A stretch of 59,026 nucleotides of DNA from a virus. Positions 9,034-15,930 of this stretch are shown piece after piece. Each line of letters opens with the position of its first letter. The stretch's first letter is position 1. The stretch lies in the IMG/VR virus record IMGVR_UViG_3300031027_000002; one strand, written 5' to 3'. The position numbers were made by a program, and so were the translations under genes. A model generated the notes under the pieces. The model was not told the DNA's origin. It worked only from the letters and a program-made list of their open reading frames with translations, and searched no databases.

Positions 9034-9792
9034 TTACCTCTTCGTCGGCTGGGATTGGCCGCCCATGAGCGGGTCTGCGGGCGCCACACCGAGTCCTGGC
9101 GTTGCGTAGTCGGGAAGCCCCGGAGCGGCAGGCGCGGGAGCCAGAGGGCCAGTGCTGAGGCCCAGCAAGTGCTTCACAGCATCGACGTAGCCATTGCCCT
9201 TCGGAAGACTCGCCATCTGCTGAACGAAGGGGTGGTACGCCTGATACGTCTGCGACATCGCATGGAGGTCGGCGGGCTTGGCTTTGCCTGACTTCACCTT
9301 CGCTAGATATGCGTCCTGCTTGGCCTTGTAATCCGCCACGAGGTCGGCTTGCTGCTCCGAGTTGAGGTTGGCGCTCGTCTTGCCAGAGTTGCGCAGCGCC
9401 ACCAGCCCAGCCTCGCCGCCGTAGTCATAGTTGCGGAGGTCGCCCTTCGTGTAATTGAGTGGGGCGGTTGGTGCGGCATCGCCAAAGACGGGAATCTCGT
9501 ATCCTCCCGGAAGTTTGATATTTCCGTCGGCGCGGGTCTGCTGAAACTGGTGTTCCATCTCATGCACGCGGGTCTGCGGGGTGTACTGCGACTGGTCGTA
9601 AACCGAGATGGCTCCGGGGCTGAGCGATTCCGCAATCTTCTCGGTGCCTGGGGTTTGGTTCTGAGGGGCGGGCTGCACGGTCTCGGTGACGGGACCAACG
9701 TCCTCGCGGATAAACGATGGGATGGACGAGTCTCGAGGGACGACGCTGTACCCAGCGGGCGGGGTTGGGCTATTGGTTGGCAATCGGCTCAC
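9034..9792 (-). CDS. Virion-module protein with HExxH motif (VHEMEHQF)
   Basis: 252-aa ORF overlapping both neighbours; a single HEMEH motif seen; no other peptidase evidence. Confidence 0.6.
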   Translation of the reverse strand: MSRLPTNSPTPPAGYSVVPRDSSIPSFIREDVGPVTETVQPAPQNQTPGTEKIAESLSPGAISVYDQSQYTPQTRVHEMEHQFQQTRADGNIKLPGGYEIPVFGDAAPTAPLNYTKGDLRNYDYGGEAGLVALRNSGKTSANLNSEQQADLVADYKAKQDAYLAKVKSGKAKPADLHAMSQTYQAYHPFVQQMASLPKGNGYVDAVKHLLGLSTGPLAPAPAAPGLPDYATPGLGVAPADPLMGGQSQPTKR

Positions 9793-11902
9793 CCGTTTCC
9801 GAGTCTACCCAGTTTGATCCGTCATTGCTGCCGATGACGTGCCCATCCTTGCCTACTGCGGTGTGCTTGTACTTCTTCATCGACTTGAGCTGGCGCGTCT
9901 TGGGGCCGGAGGCGACCGCCAGCGCGAGGATTGAGGGGCTGATGGCGATGCCTTTGGCTTGCGCCGCCTTCACGATTTGGGGCATGCTTCCGCGGAGCTC
10001 GTCAGGAATAGCCTCAAGTTGTGCGGGAGTGGGCTTCGTCAGGAACTTCATCACCTCGGGCTTTTCGAGGACGTCAGCAATTCCACGCATGCCGCCATAG
10101 GCTACAGCGCCAGCTCCGAGGTCTCCGGGGATCTGGCCCAACCCGCTGAAGCCCTCCCCGGACATCGCGCGGCCCATCTCAAGCAGCGGGCGGTAGAGCG
10201 AGACGTAGACAGCCGCGTTGACGGCGTGCGAGCGCATCCATTGAGCCGTCTTTTTTACTCCAGCTTTGTTCGCTCCCTGAATTTCTTCGGGGACGATGGT
10301 CTTCACGGGCGCGACCTTTGGTGGCGTAGCCTTTGGAATCGGTGTAGCGTTTGGCTTCGGCGGTGGAACCTTCACTACGTCGCGTACCGGAGCTTCCTTG
10401 GGTAGCGCGGCGATGCCTTGCTTGAGGTTGTCGATGTGCGCAGCAACCTTTGGAATCTCGGGATCGAACGAGCCGAGCAAGCGCAGTCGGTTGGCTTGAG
10501 CGTCTGCGGCCATAAACTCCGCGTTGGCCCCACGCACGGCGGCTGTGGCGTTGTCGGTCATCGTTAGAGGCTTTCCGAAGGTCTGCTTCATGCGCCGCCA
10601 GTAGTTGCGAGCGTCGAGAAGCTCCGCACCCTTGCCCTTCGCGTCAGCGATGGCTTGCATATCCTTGCCAATGGCCTCGTGCATGATGTCGTAGGCGTGG
10701 AACGTCGCCCCGTCAAGTCCGCCCTTGGAGATGGCGTTGCCGAGCTCAGAGTAGAGAAGCTGCTCATCCTTGTAGGTGATGAGGTTGTCATCCTTGCCGA
10801 TAACTTCGTCGATACGCTTCAAAAGGGCGGGCTTGTTCTGAACTTCTCCGAATGAGTGGCTGGCTTTGGCGGAGGCTTCCTTTAGGGATTTTTCGTCACC
10901 CGGAATGTTGCTCAGTTCCTTGTTTACGCCGTTGTACTTCTCGTTTCCAACCTTCAGCGCATTGTTGCGGGCGGTCTCTTCGCGGGCGCGCATCTCCTCG
11001 GTGGCGGACTGCAGTTTCTCCTGCGTCGGAGCAATCTTCTGTTGCTGACGAAGCGCCTCGGCGTTGGCGGCATCTACATCCGCCTTCTTAGCCGCGTGAG
11101 CCGCTGTCGCATCCTTGTTTGCACGCAGCACATCCTGCTTCGCTTGCTTATCCTTAGCCGCCTGTCTTGCGTTGTCCTCTGCTGTGTCATTGGCTGCCAC
11201 CTCATTTTCGGCGCGAGTCTTCTCTACGAGGTCTGCGACGGTGCGCGTACTCGGACCCACCAGCTTGCCGACCTTTCCTGCCCCCTTGAGTAGTGCTCCG
11301 CCAGCCTCGCCTACAAGAAGACCCGTGGCAGCTCCGGCGGCGGTATCCGCGGCGTAATCGCTCGCATCGGCGGCGGTAGGGTCTTTGAGGGGATGCTGCG
11401 CGTCAACGGGAGTCCCGCCTTGAATCTCCGACTGCTGTTTGGCCTGAAACTGCGCTGGGGTCCACGACGCGTTCTTGACGGCGTCCACAGCACCCGCAGG
11501 GAGGGCCGTGAGGTCGCGGAAGGTCGTGTTGCCAAAGTTCTGGAGGATGCGTGGCGCGGAACCTTCAGGCTGCGCATCGGCGTCTGCGGGGGTGATGTGC
11601 GGCGCTTTCTTTGCTCCCCATGCCGCCAGCGCGTCGAGAGGGTGGAATCCGGGGCCGGGGTTCACTTGCGCTTGCCGATCCTTCGCGTACTGCGCCAGCG
11701 AGGAGGAAGCCAGCTTGTAGCCGTTCTGGAGAGCGTCGGGAACCTTGCTGTAAGGAATCTTCTCTGTGCCCTTTGGCCCTTGCATGTCATACAGCCCCTC
11801 GTTCTGAGGGTTGGCGTTGATGGGCGGCGCGGCGGGCGGAGGAGGCTCAACCGTGTAGCCCGACGACTGCGCCGGCGCTTCGATGGTGTATTGGTCCGCC
11901 AT
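9770..11902 (-). CDS. Large alpha-helical/coiled-coil virion protein (710 aa), putative internal/ejection protein
   Basis: Long ORF; Ala/Lys/Glu-rich helical middle; its position before the fibres resembles podovirus internal virion proteins. Confidence 0.65.
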   Translation of the reverse strand: MADQYTIEAPAQSSGYTVEPPPPAAPPINANPQNEGLYDMQGPKGTEKIPYSKVPDALQNGYKLASSSLAQYAKDRQAQVNPGPGFHPLDALAAWGAKKAPHITPADADAQPEGSAPRILQNFGNTTFRDLTALPAGAVDAVKNASWTPAQFQAKQQSEIQGGTPVDAQHPLKDPTAADASDYAADTAAGAATGLLVGEAGGALLKGAGKVGKLVGPSTRTVADLVEKTRAENEVAANDTAEDNARQAAKDKQAKQDVLRANKDATAAHAAKKADVDAANAEALRQQQKIAPTQEKLQSATEEMRAREETARNNALKVGNEKYNGVNKELSNIPGDEKSLKEASAKASHSFGEVQNKPALLKRIDEVIGKDDNLITYKDEQLLYSELGNAISKGGLDGATFHAYDIMHEAIGKDMQAIADAKGKGAELLDARNYWRRMKQTFGKPLTMTDNATAAVRGANAEFMAADAQANRLRLLGSFDPEIPKVAAHIDNLKQGIAALPKEAPVRDVVKVPPPKPNATPIPKATPPKVAPVKTIVPEEIQGANKAGVKKTAQWMRSHAVNAAVYVSLYRPLLEMGRAMSGEGFSGLGQIPGDLGAGAVAYGGMRGIADVLEKPEVMKFLTKPTPAQLEAIPDELRGSMPQIVKAAQAKGIAISPSILALAVASGPKTRQLKSMKKYKHTAVGKDGHVIGSNDGSNWVDSETGEPIANQ

Positions 11903-13396
11903 TTAGGGCTTCACCCATTGCCCGCCCTGACTCTTGGCGATGACCGTACCGCCTTTTTTGAGGAGGTGGTTGTCTTCCTTTGGAGCGGGAGGAGCGTCGG
12001 CGGGGGCCTTCCATGCGCCGCCGCCAGCGGGCTTTTTTAGGCTCTGAGTCTTAGGGCCGGCGGGGAGGGGCTTCACCTGCGCCGGAAGAGGCGTAACCGT
12101 GCCATCCGTGCCGCCAACGCCGTAATCCTTCTTCATCCCCTCAAGAACGGAACTATCGGCCGCCAGCGTGTTGGGAGCGAGCTCCACCATGTTCTGGATT
12201 TGCTCGGGAGAGAGCGTGACACCTTCGAGATATCCGTCCGGGCCGTACCGCTTCTCGACGTTCTGGAGCCATGGAGCCGACTGCTCAGCCTCTTCCACCA
12301 TCGCCCGCGTTGCGCGTTGCGCGGCCCCAGGCTGGTGCGTGGTCATGGCGACGTGGTTCATTAGGATGGCGAGCTGCGCCTGCTGGTTTCCAGCTAAGGC
12401 GTCGGGCATCAGGCTGTTCATCTTCGCCATCATGCCCTTGTCTTGATAGACCTGCTGCTCCTGCTTCGTCATCAGTCCCTCGGCGGGCTTGAATTGCCCC
12501 ATAGCAAGAGCGTTCTGGAACGAATACATCGCCCGCTGGTTGGATGCCGCGATCGAGCGCGCTTGCATCTGCTCCATGTGGCGGTAGTTCTCTTGACGGC
12601 GCTGCTCAAACTGCGAGTTCTTGGCCTTTGCTCCCGCGTCCATCGCATCCCACTCGTCCTTCACTTGCTGAGGCGTGTCGGGGTCTTTCATGTCCTTCAC
12701 TGTGAATACCTTGCCGTTGAATGGGATGCCGATGGGGACGCCACCCGAGACGATGGGCTTTAGGTTGTTCGCGGGCTGCTTCGTATCGAGGACGAACCCG
12801 CTCGGGATGCTTTCGGGCTTGTTCGCATCGAGCGTCTGAATTTCACCGTTCGGCCCACGGAAGTTCTTGAGGTTCGGCTTGTTGACGCTCAGCACGCCTC
12901 CCTTCTTTTCGGCCCACTGCTGCTTCGTCTGGTCGCTCGGCGGCTGGCCCGTGACGCGCTGATAGAGCGCAGCGTAGTTCCCCCACTCGTCAGGCGTACC
13001 CTGCGCGATGGCGGTAGCTTGGCTGGCGTCCTGCGTGGTGCCAACGGCGTTCTTGGCTGCCAAATCCTTTACTCGGGCGTCGTGGTTCGTGATGTGCAGC
13101 CGGTCGGTCGTGTGCGTCTTGAGCCAGTCGCCCGCGCCGAGCTTCGCGTCGGGGTGGAAGATTTCGCGCATCGCGTGGATGTTCTGCTGAATCTTGTCGA
13201 CGGTGTCGTTGTAGTCCTGCGGGTTCGCCTTTTGGTCGATGGTCTGGAGCTTGTCCTGAAGCCCTTTGATCGCCATGCTGTACGGCAGAGTTTGGCGCTG
13301 CTGGTCTGCGACGATGTTGTTGTTTTCCTGCGCGACGTTGCTCCGCGTGTTCGCCGCGGCTTGGTCGCCCATGTCGATGAGTGGGTTGGCTGCCAT
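11903..13396 (-). CDS. Gln-rich virion-module protein (497 aa), putative internal/ejection protein
   Basis: ORF abuts neighbours (stop/start adjacency at 11902/11903 and 13396); C-terminal GGTVIAKSQGGQWV resembles the C-terminus of the 710-aa protein. Confidence 0.65.
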   Translation of the reverse strand: MAANPLIDMGDQAAANTRSNVAQENNNIVADQQRQTLPYSMAIKGLQDKLQTIDQKANPQDYNDTVDKIQQNIHAMREIFHPDAKLGAGDWLKTHTTDRLHITNHDARVKDLAAKNAVGTTQDASQATAIAQGTPDEWGNYAALYQRVTGQPPSDQTKQQWAEKKGGVLSVNKPNLKNFRGPNGEIQTLDANKPESIPSGFVLDTKQPANNLKPIVSGGVPIGIPFNGKVFTVKDMKDPDTPQQVKDEWDAMDAGAKAKNSQFEQRRQENYRHMEQMQARSIAASNQRAMYSFQNALAMGQFKPAEGLMTKQEQQVYQDKGMMAKMNSLMPDALAGNQQAQLAILMNHVAMTTHQPGAAQRATRAMVEEAEQSAPWLQNVEKRYGPDGYLEGVTLSPEQIQNMVELAPNTLAADSSVLEGMKKDYGVGGTDGTVTPLPAQVKPLPAGPKTQSLKKPAGGGAWKAPADAPPAPKEDNHLLKKGGTVIAKSQGGQWVKP

Positions 13397-13959
13397 TAGA
13401 ATCCGGCCCCCGAGAGGAACGCGAGAGATTGATTCGCTCCGGCGGGAGATGCCGCGAGACCAGAGAACCCTCCGGTAATCATTTTGCCCACGCCGAGCGC
13501 GCTGCCTACGATGTCATTCAACTGCGCCGCCTTCTGCTTTTGGATCGTATCGGCGTCGGTAAACGCGGTCTGCGTGGCATTGATGCCCGTCCCGAGAAGA
13601 TTTGAGCCTTCGCTGCCGAGGTTCGTTGCGGCGCTTCCCGTGAGGCTGGCAATGGCCGACGTGATGTCCGCGTGCGTCTTATCGTTCCCTGCCGCCGTCG
13701 ACGCGTTGGTACCCCCGCCGCGATTGCCGAACTGATCGTTCGTCTTGGCCTGCTGCTGCTGCGCTGTTTTGGCTGCGCCGATCTGCGGGGCGAGGACGGA
13801 AGAGATTTTAGTCGGGTCGCCGCTGAGAATCGAGGACATGAACGCTGTGGATGAATTAATGTCCGATTCGCCCGTAGACGTGGCGAAGTTACCAGCCCCG
13901 GTAATGCTGCTGGCGGCGGTTGTTTCAGCTTTCGACGGGCCGACATCGACTCCGAACAC
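13396..13959 (-). CDS. Gly/Ala/Ser/Thr-rich virion-module protein (187 aa)
   Basis: ORF with coupled start/stop; its composition resembles small internal virion proteins. Confidence 0.6.
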   Translation of the reverse strand: MFGVDVGPSKAETTAASSITGAGNFATSTGESDINSSTAFMSSILSGDPTKISSVLAPQIGAAKTAQQQQAKTNDQFGNRGGGTNASTAAGNDKTHADITSAIASLTGSAATNLGSEGSNLLGTGINATQTAFTDADTIQKQKAAQLNDIVGSALGVGKMITGGFSGLAASPAGANQSLAFLSGAGF

Positions 13960-13976
13960 TCAGCACCTCTTTCGTC

Positions 13977-14906
13977 TCAATAATACTCTACCCACAATCC
14001 TAGAGAAGTAATCGCTCCGCTACCGCCCACAATCAGCTCGTAATAATTCCCGCTTGGCACGAGGAACCCAAAGCCAGCCTTGCCACCACTGACGGACGCG
14101 GTGTACTCGTTTCCCCAGCCCACTGTGACAGGCGGGGTTACAGTGTCCACAAGCGCCGTCAGATCGCTCGTAAAGCCGCCAGCCGTGCCGCCGTAGCCAG
14201 AAACCCACATGTCAACCCCAGTCGTGTTGTGATAGATAGTTGCGTACGCCCGAGAGCCTGTGACGTCGTGCCTTGTTTTCCCTCCACCACCCCCGCCTGT
14301 GGAGTTCACGGTGACAGCGCCAACCCCCGAAGATGGAGAGATGGTGACGTTGGTTCCCGCGACGATGGAAGTCACCCCGCCCGCCGTCGATCCCGGCGAC
14401 TCCGCCCAGAAGTTCAGCCCGTCGAAGTAGACCGTCACCCAGCTACCTGCGGGGAGGGTAAGGTTGGCGTTGCCGTTGATGATTCCCTGCGCTGGAGTTA
14501 CCGTCACGGTACTCGTGCCCGCGTTGGAGATGCTGGTGAACCATGGGAGGGTTACAGACGCGTTCAGCGTCACTGCGATGGGCGAGACCGCCCCGAGAAC
14601 GATGAGCGCCCCGTCGTCGGTCTGTTGCGTCCCGTAGGCCACTACGCCCGTTTGGTTGTTCACGACCCCGCCCGATACGGTAGTGTTGATGATGGTGACG
14701 GTCTCAGATGCGCCAGAACTTCCCGAACTTGCTGCCGATTGCGCCGTCTTCACCGTGGTAATACCCGCCGAGAGAGCGGCCACGGCCTGATTCAAGTCCG
14801 TGATGCTGTTGTCGTGGCTATGGATGGCGGCCACGATCGCAGGGTGCGCGGCGGCGGGCGGAATGAGGTTCGGGCGCCGGAATGACGGGACTAGGGGGTT
14901 GCTCAT
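13977..14906 (-). CDS. Fibre/receptor-binding-like structural protein (309 aa)
   Basis: ORF; Thr/Gly/Val-rich beta-type sequence with a GGGGGG linker. Confidence 0.65.
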   Translation of the reverse strand: MSNPLVPSFRRPNLIPPAAAHPAIVAAIHSHDNSITDLNQAVAALSAGITTVKTAQSAASSGSSGASETVTIINTTVSGGVVNNQTGVVAYGTQQTDDGALIVLGAVSPIAVTLNASVTLPWFTSISNAGTSTVTVTPAQGIINGNANLTLPAGSWVTVYFDGLNFWAESPGSTAGGVTSIVAGTNVTISPSSGVGAVTVNSTGGGGGGKTRHDVTGSRAYATIYHNTTGVDMWVSGYGGTAGGFTSDLTALVDTVTPPVTVGWGNEYTASVSGGKAGFGFLVPSGNYYELIVGGSGAITSLGLWVEYY

Positions 14907-15280
14907 CCACCACCGCCTTCCACGCCGAATATCTGAATCTCGTGATACGCATCTTCACTTCCCCAGCTTTTTCCAAAACAGATGCAACCATCCAAGTACA
15001 CCTGAAGCGCGGGGTCTGCCGAGACGAACTGCAACTGCAAAAGCTTCCACTTGTTCGCCAGCGGGCGAGTCCAGTACTTCGTGATTTTTCCGCCGGTGGC
15101 AGGGAGGGTGATCGTTGGGAAGCCGTAGCTGCCGTTGCCCACGTCCGCCGCGATGCCAGTCAGCGCCACGGGGAGCAGTGAACTGTACTCAAGAACGAGT
15201 TGACCGCAGTGCGTGTAGCCCTTGCCTCCCAGCGCCGCTGCGACGACCGTAGCTGTAGCAGTCTCTGCGCCTACAGGCAT
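14903..15280 (-). CDS. Hypothetical structural-module protein (125 aa)
   Basis: ORF with a 4-nt overlap to the downstream gene. Confidence 0.55.
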   Translation of the reverse strand: MPVGAETATATVVAAALGGKGYTHCGQLVLEYSSLLPVALTGIAADVGNGSYGFPTITLPATGGKITKYWTRPLANKWKLLQLQFVSADPALQVYLDGCICFGKSWGSEDAYHEIQIFGVEGGGG

Positions 15281-15294
15281 ACCGCCTCCAGTGA

Positions 15295-15361
15295 TAGAAT
15301 AAAGGGGTCAGGCGTTACTAGCGCCGGACAAGCCCAGCCGCCCAAGGAGCGACCGTGACCC
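15295..15361 (+). promoter_or_regulatory. Homing-endonuclease 5' module, copy 1: extended -10 (TGaTAGAAT), 5' stem, AAGGAG RBS, GTG start
   Basis: 67 nt colinear with 49767..49833 (57/67 identical by my count, last 38 nt identical); GGGGTCA (15304..15310) is complementary to TGACCCC covering the GTG. Confidence 0.5.
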
Positions 15362-15930
15362 CTTCCCCTCATCTTATCGAAAAACAATGCACGGCATGCT
15401 TCGAGACTCTTCCTTTGTCTAGTTTTTGGAAGAGAGCCGACATGCGATCTGGATATGCAAGTGGATGTAAAGCTTGCGCAACTATCAAAAAGAAACTCTA
15501 CCGCCCGAACTGCGATAAGGGGAAATATGCGGCTTTGAAAGACAGGAAGGGCCCCGAGTGGTCGAAGCAGAATATACGAAGAATTGGTTTCTCTAAATTC
15601 AAGGTCAACCAAGCTTGGTACGAAGAAAAGCTTGCATCTCAAGACGGTAAGTGCGCAATATGTGGATCGGAATCCAATCATCAGCGGTGGGCGCGCTTTT
15701 GCATCGACCATAACCACGAGTGTTGCCCCAAGCATACTGCTTGCGAAAAGTGCCGCAGGGGTCTGCTTTGTCACCGCTGTAACATCCGCCTCGGCATGAT
15801 CGAGGACTCCGAGTGGATCGCTAAAGCTCTTGCATACTTGGTGCGCCACAATAAAGACCTCTCAGTTGCTTTTGCTCAACTTCCTAGCTTTCTTACTGTC
15901 CCATCGGAGCAGCCGCACAGCAAGCCTTGA
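15355..15930 (+). CDS. Free-standing endonuclease VII-type (HNH-like) homing endonuclease
   Basis: CAICG...CIDHNH...RGLLCHRCNIRLG motif series; opposite strand to all neighbours; visibly lower GC; 3' end overlaps the 3' end of the 1016-aa gene. Confidence 0.85.
   Translation: MTPSPHLIEKQCTACFETLPLSSFWKRADMRSGYASGCKACATIKKKLYRPNCDKGKYAALKDRKGPEWSKQNIRRIGFSKFKVNQAWYEEKLASQDGKCAICGSESNHQRWARFCIDHNHECCPKHTACEKCRRGLLCHRCNIRLGMIEDSEWIAKALAYLVRHNKDLSVAFAQLPSFLTVPSEQPHSKP

Noticed and set aside
9770-11902. Calling the 710-aa helical protein a tape measure protein (siphovirus-type tail)
   Set aside because: I recognised no major tail tube, sheath or G/GT chaperone frameshift pair upstream, and the gene order fits podovirus internal virion proteins better. 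It stays 'putative internal/ejection protein'; the alternative is not excluded.
15271-15849. 192-aa minus-strand ORF antisense to the endonuclease VII gene
   Set aside because: The plus-strand frame has an unmistakable endonuclease VII/HNH motif series. The antisense product has no features and would break the coupling of the neighbouring minus-strand genes.
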